A DNA stretch of 22,224 nucleotides from positions 1-22,224 of the forward strand of contig SUPR01000061.1 of assembly GCA_005191425.1 (NCBI GenBank). The letters run 5' to 3'. Every line of letters begins with the position of its first letter. Position 1 is the first letter of the stretch. Made by a program: the position numbers and the translations under genes. Of this stretch, positions 9,568 through 18,118 are shown piece by piece. This stretch comes from Candidatus Helarchaeota ASGARD archaeon Hel_GB_B (GTDB lineage Archaea; Asgardarchaeota; Lokiarchaeia; Helarchaeales; HEL-GB-B). Under the pieces are notes generated by a model. The model saw nothing but the letters and a program-made list of their open reading frames with translations, did not search any database and was not told where the DNA came from.

Positions 9568-11652
9568 ATGGAACCTTTATTTTTTACTTTAAATATCATT
9601 GTCCCAATAATAGCAGTGATTTCAATTATAGTAGGGATACTATTAATATTCAAGATTAAACAGATGGAAGAAGGGTCAGATGAGATGAAGAAGATTGCAA
9701 AAGCGATCAGAGAAGGAGCGAATGCATATTTAAAAAGGGAATATTTCTACATATTGATTATATCGATAGTTTTAGCGGTAGTTTTTTACTTTACATTGGA
9801 TTTTATCTTTTATGGAGGTATCCCATTTACGCTTATTTCATTTGTCTTGGGATGCGGTGATTCAATTTTATGTGGGTATATTGGAATGTATATTGCGACG
9901 CAAGCAAACATTAGGACAGCATATGCTACGAAAGGAGGAATAGGAGAAGGTCTAAAATCTGCTTTTAATGGAGGAGCAGCATTAGGTTCATTTATGATGG
10001 GAATTATCCTTTTATCGATATTTGGACTTTTCAATATCTATAGTTTTATAGGGTATACAGATCCCATATACTTGACTGGTTTTGGGTTCGGAGGAAGTTT
10101 AGTCTGTATTTTTAGCAGGGTTGGAGGCGGAATTTATACAAAATCTGCGGACATAGGTGCGGACCTTGTAGGTAAGGTGGAGAAGGGTATTCCAGAAGAC
10201 GACCCACGCAATCCAGGTGTAATTGCAGATAATGTCGGAGATAATGTCGGAGATTGTGTAGGTATGAGTGCAGACCTTTTTGAATCGCTTTCAATAACCT
10301 TAGTGGTATCAATGATTATATCCTTTGAACCTGAAATTAATTTGGGGTTAAATGGACTTTATTTTGCTATATTAGTAGTTTGCGCTGGAATAATATCATT
10401 TATAGTAGCAATATTTATCACAAATAAAATATCTGCAGGGAATAATCCAATAAAAGCATTAAACAGAGGATTATTAATATCAGGAATAATTTCGATTGTA
10501 CTTTTTGGAGCTTTTGCAGCTTTGATGTTATTTAATCAGGGAGCTTATACTGGAGGAATGTGGCATTTCAATTTACCTATATGGGTAGGTGTATTATTAT
10601 CTGCCATAATGGGCTTAATTGTAGCAATTATTATTGCGTATAATACGCAAATTTTCACGTCAGGTAATCACAAATATGCTAGAGAGATTGCAAAAGCGGG
10701 TGAAACAGGGCCTGCTACGAATATACTAAAAGGATATTCAATAGGACTAAAATCAATAGCAATTCCGGGAGTTATGGTAGCTATTACGATAATATTTGCC
10801 TATGAATTTGCAGGGATTTATGGGATAGCCCTGTCGTCTCTTGGACTATTATCAATGACAGGTATGATCCAATCAATAGATACATTTGGTGCAATTTCGG
10901 ATAATGCAGGTGGTATAGCTGAAATGTCAGGGCAGGATGAGCTTAGAAAAAATACTGATGTTTTAGATGAGGCAGGAAATACAACAGCAGCCAGTGCAAA
11001 AGGTTTTGCAATAATCTCTTCAGGGCTTGTAGCTCTTGCAACGGTGGGTGCAGTTATTGATGAAACAAATATCACTAATTTTGTAAATATAGCATTAAAT
11101 AGTCCATTAATAATTGCGGGACTTTTTATTGGCGCAATAATACCATTTCTGTTTTCATCATTATTAATTGGAGCAGTAGAGAATACAGCATTCAAAATGA
11201 TAAATGAAATTCGTAGACAATTTAAAGAAATTGATGGATTAATGGAAGGAAAATCAAAGCCAGATTATGCGAAATGTGTGGATATCGCTACAAAAGGAGC
11301 ATTAAAAAACTTAATAATTCCAGGGATTATGGGAATCATAGTATCAATAGCCGTAGGGTTTATATTAGGTAAATATGCATTGATTGCATGTCTTTTTGGT
11401 AATATAGTTGTAGGGTTACTTATGGCTATCTTCCTTGCAAATGCAGGTGGTGCTTGGGATAATGCGAAGAAATGGATAGAAAAAGGAAATCTTGGTGGAA
11501 AAGGATCTCCAGCTCATAAGGCAGCAGTAATTGGAGATACTATCGGTGACCCATTTAAAGATACTGCAGGACCATCTATTAACTCATTAATTAAAGTAAT
11601 GAACATGATTTCCTTGTTAATAGCACCAATATTAGCAGTAATATTCTTGTAA
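9568..11652 (+). CDS. hppA: Membrane-bound ion-translocating pyrophosphatase, K+-dependent, probably Na+-pumping
   Basis: Signature motifs GGGIYTKSADIGADLVGKVE, IADNVGDNVGD, DTFGAISDNAGGIAEM, GGAWDNAKK, GDTIGDPFKDTAGP. GNTTAA variant and DLFES in helix 6. Confidence 0.95.
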   Translation: MEPLFFTLNIIVPIIAVISIIVGILLIFKIKQMEEGSDEMKKIAKAIREGANAYLKREYFYILIISIVLAVVFYFTLDFIFYGGIPFTLISFVLGCGDSILCGYIGMYIATQANIRTAYATKGGIGEGLKSAFNGGAALGSFMMGIILLSIFGLFNIYSFIGYTDPIYLTGFGFGGSLVCIFSRVGGGIYTKSADIGADLVGKVEKGIPEDDPRNPGVIADNVGDNVGDCVGMSADLFESLSITLVVSMIISFEPEINLGLNGLYFAILVVCAGIISFIVAIFITNKISAGNNPIKALNRGLLISGIISIVLFGAFAALMLFNQGAYTGGMWHFNLPIWVGVLLSAIMGLIVAIIIAYNTQIFTSGNHKYAREIAKAGETGPATNILKGYSIGLKSIAIPGVMVAITIIFAYEFAGIYGIALSSLGLLSMTGMIQSIDTFGAISDNAGGIAEMSGQDELRKNTDVLDEAGNTTAASAKGFAIISSGLVALATVGAVIDETNITNFVNIALNSPLIIAGLFIGAIIPFLFSSLLIGAVENTAFKMINEIRRQFKEIDGLMEGKSKPDYAKCVDIATKGALKNLIIPGIMGIIVSIAVGFILGKYALIACLFGNIVVGLLMAIFLANAGGAWDNAKKWIEKGNLGGKGSPAHKAAVIGDTIGDPFKDTAGPSINSLIKVMNMISLLIAPILAVIFL

Positions 11653-11807
11653 TTAATGCCAAATTTAAACATTTCTTTTTATTTTTTAAAAGTTTAAATT
11701 ATTTTTATGATATTTTTTATAAGCAAATTAAATTATTAATAAACATTGAAAAAACCTTCAAATAATAAATTTATAATTATAATTATAATCAAAAAGAGTA
11801 TTTATTT

Positions 11808-12299
11808 ATGAAACATAACAAAAATTATCTCTTAATAATTGCAATTTGCTTTGGGTTAATTGGATATATTATTTTCTATTTTAAATTTCTTATTAATTTT
11901 GTAGATTATCTTAGAATTACGGAATATGAATATGACAAGTTATTTTTATGGACTGTCATAAATTTGATTATTTTATTAATTTTCCAGATTCCATCGATTT
12001 TGATATATTATAATTATAAATTAAAGATAGTTGTTGTATCAGAAATAAATGATTTGTATCAAGAAGGGGAATTAATTGAATTAGAGATTCAAATTAGTGA
12101 TAGCTCTAATTTTATTTTTATTGATGTAAATTTAGAAATAAAATGGCCAGAGAATAAGTATAAGTTGAGTATTTTTGAAAAATCATTTTTGATAACATTA
12201 GAAACTGCGGGTATGATAGGTATTCATAATTTAATAATCTCTGCTTCTAAAAAAGGTTATTTTAGGTCAGTTTGGAAAAGAGAATTTGTAATAACATGA
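11808..12299 (+). CDS. Hypothetical membrane protein with C-terminal beta-rich (possibly Ig-like) domain
   Basis: Two hydrophobic N-terminal segments, then alternating beta-strand-like patterns (IELEIQI, VNLEIKW, LIISASKKGY). Confidence 0.65.
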   Translation: MKHNKNYLLIIAICFGLIGYIIFYFKFLINFVDYLRITEYEYDKLFLWTVINLIILLIFQIPSILIYYNYKLKIVVVSEINDLYQEGELIELEIQISDSSNFIFIDVNLEIKWPENKYKLSIFEKSFLITLETAGMIGIHNLIISASKKGYFRSVWKREFVIT

Positions 12300-12331
12300 T
12301 TTTATAATGAATTTTTTTTGAAAGGAAATTT

Positions 12332-12946
12332 TTACCAGGTTTTAAAGAGTTTTTCCTGGTTCATTTTTATTGGCAACCCAATATGATTTAAAATAAGAGA
12401 CATATATCGTATTTTTGAAATTTCTTCAGCAACTGACACATTCATTAAGGCGTCTTCTAAGGTTATTCCCCTTGCGAATATTCCGTGAGATCGGATCATA
12501 CAGCATGGATAATTTTTCAAAATGCGAGGTACATTTATTGCACTTTCAACAGGGCCTACTGGGTATTTTTGGTCAATTACGGGGATTTTTTTAATGAGAA
12601 ATGCGCCTTCTGCGTCCACAGCTATGATATCATCTTCAACTAGGGATAAAGCGATAGCATGAGGGGGGTGAGCATGAATTACAGCAAGAGCAGAAGTTTG
12701 CAAATAAATTGCTCTATGGACGCCAGTTTCAGTTGAAGATATCATAATAGAAGAGTCATTTTCAAATAAGGGGACTTCTACAAGGTCCGTAATTTTGAGG
12801 TCGCCTAACATAGCCCCTCTTCTTTTAATTATAATTTTATTCCCAGTCCTTATGGAAATATTTCCACCATGGGATGATACTAAATCATGCGAATCTAAGT
12901 ATTTTCCAATTCGTCTAAACTCATTATAAATTTTTTTAGAAATCAT
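12332..12946 (-). CDS. Class II (Zn-dependent) aldolase/adducin-family protein, fuculose-1-phosphate aldolase-like
   Basis: GGNISIR, STE..VHRAIY (catalytic Glu), HAHPPHA (two Zn His) and IRSHG (third His). Confidence 0.92.
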   Translation of the reverse strand: MISKKIYNEFRRIGKYLDSHDLVSSHGGNISIRTGNKIIIKRRGAMLGDLKITDLVEVPLFENDSSIMISSTETGVHRAIYLQTSALAVIHAHPPHAIALSLVEDDIIAVDAEGAFLIKKIPVIDQKYPVGPVESAINVPRILKNYPCCMIRSHGIFARGITLEDALMNVSVAEEISKIRYMSLILNHIGLPIKMNQEKLFKTW

Positions 12947-14731
12947 TTAACTCAACCTTATTAAATTTAACTTTTTTAAAGTTTGATGGGTGGGAATTCC
13001 ATCAATGTCCCAGCCTCGAACTAAATAATAATCATTGATTAGTAATTCAATATCGACAGTATTTCCAGAGGAAGAACCTTCAGTAAAAGGTTCATTCAAG
13101 AACCTATCCGGTAAAGTATCATCATTTTTTGAAAAGCCTTCTCTCAAATTGAATAATCGTTCTAAATTAAATATTCGTTCGCCAATTTCCATTAAATTTT
13201 CTATAGAATATTCAATACCAGTAGTTGCTGTGATAAATCTTGCAAGGTGGTCCAAGCCTACAGAATAATTCAAAAATTTACATGTTATAAGAGAATCAAT
13301 GACAGCAGCTTCATCCTGAGCGTTTTTTAGTAAATTAGCCTTACTGGCGGGAGAAAATCGGTCGATGAGTTTTGGTGTTCCTAATATTTCCAGACCAATT
13401 AAAAAGCCACGTAAATGACATGCACCCCTATTTGAAGTTGCATACCCTAAGCCGTGACCTACAGCACCACGAGGGTCGTAAGCAGGTATTTCAAGTTTTT
13501 TAACCTGCATTGCATATTGAATGCCACCCCTTTTTTCTGCTAAATTATAGGAACCTTCAGCTAATTCATCTCCAAAATCTTTTCTATATGCTATTTTTTT
13601 TATAATATCAATTAATTTCTCTTTATCTCCAAAATTTATCCCAGTATTTGATAGACCCCGCTGATTTAGTTCCATTTCACATGATATTGTCACACCAGTT
13701 GATATAGTGTCCAGTCCAAGTAAATTGCAAAAATAATTTGCATTGGTTATATATTCGAGATCAAAAATGCCACATTCAGGGCCTAATGCCCATAAAGATT
13801 CATATTCAGGCCCTTTTCCGGTCATAGTCTTAGTTTTTGTTAATCTACCACAAGCAATAGGACATCCATAGCAAGATTCTTTTTTAATGAAATAATTTTT
13901 TTTCAAAACTTCTCCAGAAACAAGATTAGCTCGTTTGTCAAATCCTTTTTGAAAATTATTTATAGGAAACAGACCATAAAAATTAATAATGTTTACCAGT
14001 GCAGCAGTACCAAACTCAGATAGACCTTGAGAAGTAATGGGAGCTTCAATTAATTTATCATTTGCAGTTTTTACAAAATTAGAAAGGTTTTTTGGGTCAT
14101 AAATAGGTATTTTCTTGCTACCTTTAACGAGAATAGCTTTCAAGTTTTTTGACCCCATAATTGCACCAACACCACCTCGACCGAATGCTCTATGACAATC
14201 ATTCATAATTGAAGCAAATTTAACGAGATTTTCGCCTGCAGGGCCTATCATCAAAGAATTGAACTTTTTATTACCTTCATTGTCCAAAATTGAACTGGCC
14301 TTATTTACATCTAGTCCCCAAATATTGCTAGCTGATTCAATTGAAATATTTATATCTTCAATTTTTATGTAGATCGGACTTTGAGATTTTCCTTTTATAA
14401 TTAAAGCCATAAATCCGCATTTTTTAAAATTATAACCCCAAAATCCACCGGTATTGGACTCGAAAATTGTATTAGTTAAAGGAGACTTTGTAGCCAGGTG
14501 CGACCGTCCACTGGTCGGAACGGAGGTAGCTGTTAAAGGGCCAACAGTAAAAATTAAAATATTATCAGGACCTAATGGGTCTATCTTTGGTTTTATTAAA
14601 TCAGTGAGTAATTTTATTCCTAAACCTCTACCACCAATATAATTCTTTAAAATTTTCTCTGGAATAGTTCCAATATTAATTTTTGAAGTAGTTAAATCAA
14701 TCTCTATAAATTTATCAAACCATCCGAACAA
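12947..14731 (-). CDS. aor: Tungsten-dependent aldehyde:ferredoxin oxidoreductase (canonical motifs)
   Basis: GGRGLG, SGR...KSPLT, GRGGVGAIMGSKNLKAI, CxxCxxxC (CYGCPIAC), GPEYES, GLDTIS, EIPAYDPRG, SNRGACH, DSLITC, LERLFNLREG. TTG start behind GAAGGA. Confidence 0.95.
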   Translation of the reverse strand: MFGWFDKFIEIDLTTSKINIGTIPEKILKNYIGGRGLGIKLLTDLIKPKIDPLGPDNILIFTVGPLTATSVPTSGRSHLATKSPLTNTIFESNTGGFWGYNFKKCGFMALIIKGKSQSPIYIKIEDINISIESASNIWGLDVNKASSILDNEGNKKFNSLMIGPAGENLVKFASIMNDCHRAFGRGGVGAIMGSKNLKAILVKGSKKIPIYDPKNLSNFVKTANDKLIEAPITSQGLSEFGTAALVNIINFYGLFPINNFQKGFDKRANLVSGEVLKKNYFIKKESCYGCPIACGRLTKTKTMTGKGPEYESLWALGPECGIFDLEYITNANYFCNLLGLDTISTGVTISCEMELNQRGLSNTGINFGDKEKLIDIIKKIAYRKDFGDELAEGSYNLAEKRGGIQYAMQVKKLEIPAYDPRGAVGHGLGYATSNRGACHLRGFLIGLEILGTPKLIDRFSPASKANLLKNAQDEAAVIDSLITCKFLNYSVGLDHLARFITATTGIEYSIENLMEIGERIFNLERLFNLREGFSKNDDTLPDRFLNEPFTEGSSSGNTVDIELLINDYYLVRGWDIDGIPTHQTLKKLNLIRLS

Positions 14732-14851
14732 GTTAATTCCTTCAAATTTTGGATAAAATATAAATTTTAGACTGTGAATTACTAAAGAATTTAGGGAGTT
14801 TATGTTATTTATTATGATATTTATTATATTAAACAGTTTTAATTTACTAAT

Positions 14852-15214
14852 TTACTCTATTTTTAAGTGATACCAAATTTCATCCCGGATTATCTTTTTA
14901 TTTCTATGTCCGCATTTACAATTGAAAACAATAATTTTTAATGGAAATTGGAATCGTTTAATTATATCATTATCGTTTTCCATTAATTTCTGAAAATTAT
15001 CAAGATAAGCCCAATCTTCATTGTATTCACCGCAGTTATCGCACCTAAAAATATCATGTCGTAAAATAGGTATCCAATTTTTTCTGTCCTTAAATTTTAG
15101 GAACTCTTCGAATTTATTTTTACATTTCCAACAAGAATATTTAATTCTAACATTAAATCCTTTAATATTTATTTTTACCGGGACAAGATCTAAATTACAA
15201 TTTGGGCATTTCAT
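14852..15214 (-). CDS. Small Zn-binding protein with duplicated Cys modules
   Basis: CPNC...CWKC and CDNC...CKCGH in 120 aa, 71 bp downstream of the GTPase gene on the same strand. Confidence 0.75.
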   Translation of the reverse strand: MKCPNCNLDLVPVKINIKGFNVRIKYSCWKCKNKFEEFLKFKDRKNWIPILRHDIFRCDNCGEYNEDWAYLDNFQKLMENDNDIIKRFQFPLKIIVFNCKCGHRNKKIIRDEIWYHLKIE

Positions 15215-15285
15215 ATTATTTTCATCTAAATTAGGGTCATTTTTAGATTTATTAATTTTCTTATTAAATAGAAATTTAAAAGTTC

Positions 15286-16638
15286 CTATGTAATTAAATA
15301 TTGAATTTTATTAAATCGCAATTCGATGATCTTTTCTTGCAAATCTCGCTTTAATTCTTCAAGCGATTTTAGTTTTGAGTTTAATTGTAGTATTATTTTA
15401 GAATTTTTTTTGTTTTTAGCATTATTTATTTTTTCCTTTAATTCCTTAATTTCGGAATCAATTTCAACGATTTTATTGGACATTTCATTAATTTGTTTAT
15501 TTTGTTCATCAATATTTTTTTCATCAGGGTGTATTAATTCAATCAAATCTTTTGAGGATTTCTTTTTATTTTCAATTAAATTTTTAACGTATTCATTAAT
15601 TGATTCAGAAATACTTTTAGATTTAGACATGAAATATTCGGCGATATCTTTTTCACCCAATTCATTCGATAAAATGGCTATTTGTTCATAAATTTTGGGG
15701 ACTTTATTTAAATTACCGGTCAATTCTAATGTTAATTCAGCTAGTTGTATTAAGTCATCTCTAAGTACCATTGGTTCGATCAATGCTTGTATTTCTTCAC
15801 TTAATTCAAGGATTTCGGCAATATAACTTAGCATATTAACTCTTTGGTCCTCATTTATCGCTATTAAAGGAAAGGTCGGGACATTCAATAATTTTCCAAT
15901 TATTTCTGGAGATTTTTTGTGGGGCAGGTCTTGTTTGTTGGCTATGGCTATTACCTTAGATTCTGGAGATTCGCGTTTAATTAGGTCAACAAAATATCTA
16001 TTCCTTTTTATTTTAGAAATTTCTTGAGATGAATCAATAACAATAATAATTATATCTGACTTTTTGATAAATTTATTCCAGGTAAAAGAAAACTGTTCCT
16101 GTCCTGCGAGATCCCAGCCACTAAATGTTAAATTTCCTATTTTAATTCCAACGATATTTCCTACAACTGTAGGAATGTGTTGCATCGGGATATCTTCTGC
16201 CCGAATTAATTTGGTAATAGTAGTTTTACCAACTCCGCCTAGACCTATAAAAACAATTTTAGGACTTAATTCCTTGAAAAATTCCAATACAAGTTTAGTT
16301 AAATTATCATGATTGAGTATTTTTATAGATTGATCATCAGTAATTTCTATTTGTTCTTCAAATTTTAAATTAAAAATTGTAATACAGTTTTTTACATCCT
16401 TTAAATCATCTGTAAAATCAGTAATTAAAATAATCATATATTTTAGGGTGCAATTATAATAGTAAAATACCCTATATTTTATTAAATTTAAAAAATCAAG
16501 GATATTTCGGTCTAAATTATAAGTTAAATCGTTTAGTAAATATACTAAATAATTAATTTTGTCTGAAGAAAATGATTTGCCGAATTTTTTGTATAAAATT
16601 ATTTGATAATTATTAATTATAAGTATTTCTCTTAACAT
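15286..16638 (-). CDS. Multidomain small GTPase: longin-like N-terminus, Arf-like G domain, three-helix unit, coiled coil
   Basis: G1 GLGGVGKTT, G2 IPT, G3 WDLAGQE, G4 NKQD. The about 120-aa N-terminal region has a beta-beta-alpha-beta-beta-beta-alpha-like order. C-terminal heptad-rich tail. Confidence 0.88.
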   Translation of the reverse strand: MLREILIINNYQIILYKKFGKSFSSDKINYLVYLLNDLTYNLDRNILDFLNLIKYRVFYYYNCTLKYMIILITDFTDDLKDVKNCITIFNLKFEEQIEITDDQSIKILNHDNLTKLVLEFFKELSPKIVFIGLGGVGKTTITKLIRAEDIPMQHIPTVVGNIVGIKIGNLTFSGWDLAGQEQFSFTWNKFIKKSDIIIIVIDSSQEISKIKRNRYFVDLIKRESPESKVIAIANKQDLPHKKSPEIIGKLLNVPTFPLIAINEDQRVNMLSYIAEILELSEEIQALIEPMVLRDDLIQLAELTLELTGNLNKVPKIYEQIAILSNELGEKDIAEYFMSKSKSISESINEYVKNLIENKKKSSKDLIELIHPDEKNIDEQNKQINEMSNKIVEIDSEIKELKEKINNAKNKKNSKIILQLNSKLKSLEELKRDLQEKIIELRFNKIQYLIT

Positions 16639-16785
16639 TTTTCTACATAAATTATTTATGAGAATTTGGTTTTGAGAATTATTTAAAATTCATTTAAAAT
16701 TATATGAAATTGATTGAATAATTCATAATAAATTGAATTTATAAAAAGTAAACATATTAAAATTATAAAATTGGAATGATAAATT

Positions 16786-17565
16786 ATGGAAAATAATAAA
16801 ATTAAGCAAAATGATATTGTACTGATCGTATATGACAATAACCATAAATGGTTGATAGATTTAAGCGTCCAAAAGGAATTTCATACAAATAAAGGAGTAA
16901 TAAATTGTGAAGATTTGATCGGAAAGGAATTTGGGATTAAAATAGAAAGTTCATTGGGTAAACCGTTTTATATTTTGAAGCCAACAATTAGAGACATTAC
17001 ATTAAAGACAAAACGGAAAACTCAGATTATATATCCAAAAGACGCATCGTTCATAATTTACTTTACTGGAATAAGATCGGGCTATAGAGTACTTGAGGCA
17101 GGAGTAGGTAGTGGCGCTTTAACATTGGCACTGGCATATTATGTAAGTCCAAATGGAAAAATTTATGGTTATGAAAAAAATGAAACACATTATAATGTAG
17201 CAAAAAAGAACCTTGAGAAATTTGGATTTGATAAAGTAGTTGATTTAAGATTAAAAGATATAAATGATGGTTCTGATGAGAAAAATTTAGATGTTATTAT
17301 TTTAGATTTAGCAGACCCATGGAATATTATACCTAAAATCTCGGGTTGCCTAAAAAATAGTGGATATATTGTATGTTATTCACCAACTACTTCCCAAGTA
17401 GAAAAAACTCTTAGAATTTTAAAAAGTCACGGGTTTTATTATATTCATACATTAGAAATTTTATGTAGGACATGGCAACCCGAATATGATAAATTAAGGC
17501 CTAATACACGAATGATAGGACATACTGGATTTATAACGTTCGCAGTTAAAGTTTTGGAGACATAA
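16786..17565 (+). CDS. trmI: tRNA (adenine-N1)-methyltransferase (m1A57/58, GCD14/TrmI family)
   Basis: TQIIYPKDA, SAM motif VLEAGVGSGALT, ILDLADPW, YSPT, LRP..RMIGHTGFITFA. Confidence 0.95.
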   Translation: MENNKIKQNDIVLIVYDNNHKWLIDLSVQKEFHTNKGVINCEDLIGKEFGIKIESSLGKPFYILKPTIRDITLKTKRKTQIIYPKDASFIIYFTGIRSGYRVLEAGVGSGALTLALAYYVSPNGKIYGYEKNETHYNVAKKNLEKFGFDKVVDLRLKDINDGSDEKNLDVIILDLADPWNIIPKISGCLKNSGYIVCYSPTTSQVEKTLRILKSHGFYYIHTLEILCRTWQPEYDKLRPNTRMIGHTGFITFAVKVLET

Positions 17566-17610
17566 AAATCTAAATTTAAAGAATAGAAGAGTGAAAAAGT
17601 TTTTTAAAAA

Positions 17611-18105
17611 TTAATCTTGACTCCTTGCATTGGCTAATTCAATAATCAATCTTGATGTCGCGTCTACCCTTCTCTTTTGCGAATATAATTCAAATGGTTC
17701 GAATTTTATTGCATTTTCCGGACAAAATTTAACACATTGTGGTCCATCTTCAAATTCTATACATTGATCACAGATAAAGATCCGTTCCTCTTTTAGAGAC
17801 ATTGAAATTGCTCCAAAATCACAAGCTCTTACACAAAAGCCGCATCCAACGCATTTATCTTCGTTTAATTTCATAATACCAGTTTTTTCATCTTTTTCTA
17901 ATGCATTCCAAGGGCAAACAGTTTCACATGGCGGGTTCTCACAAAACTGGCAGCTTAAAGCAAAGTTTATAGCTGGCTCGATTCTTATAACATTAATTCT
18001 GGAATAATATGGATTAAATACGTCCATATGTACTGCAGAACAAACAAATTCGCATATTTCACATCCTGTGCATTTTTCTGAATCAACAATTAACTTTTTT
18101 TGCAT
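17611..18105 (-). CDS. 4Fe-4S dicluster protein, AOR-associated electron-transfer subunit
   Basis: CTGCEICEFVC, CQFCENPPCETVCP, CVGCGFCVRAC and CDQC...CVKFCP (about four clusters). Directly downstream of the second AOR. Confidence 0.92.
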   Translation of the reverse strand: MQKKLIVDSEKCTGCEICEFVCSAVHMDVFNPYYSRINVIRIEPAINFALSCQFCENPPCETVCPWNALEKDEKTGIMKLNEDKCVGCGFCVRACDFGAISMSLKEERIFICDQCIEFEDGPQCVKFCPENAIKFEPFELYSQKRRVDATSRLIIELANARSQD

Positions 18106-18111
18106 AAAATA

Positions 18112-18118
18112 ACCTCCT
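18112..18118 (-). promoter_or_regulatory. Shine-Dalgarno (AGGAGGT) of the 4Fe-4S gene, overlapping the AOR stop codon
   Basis: Minus strand reads ...GGAAAA TAA GGAGGT TATTTT ATG, consistent with translational coupling in an operon. Confidence 0.75.

Noticed and set aside
9810-11195. ORFs 9810..10034, 10112..10312 and 10818..11195
   Set aside because: Antisense to the highly conserved pyrophosphatase.
12297-12331. Possible selenocysteine read-through of the TGA ending 11808..12299
   Set aside because: Another in-frame stop follows within a few codons, there is no redox motif or SECIS-like hairpin, and a convergent gene ends 32 bp away.
13035-16312. ORFs 13035..13268, 14454..14642, 15021..15293, 15326..15691 and 16064..16312
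   Set aside because: Antisense to the AOR, Zn protein and GTPase genes, with no independent evidence.
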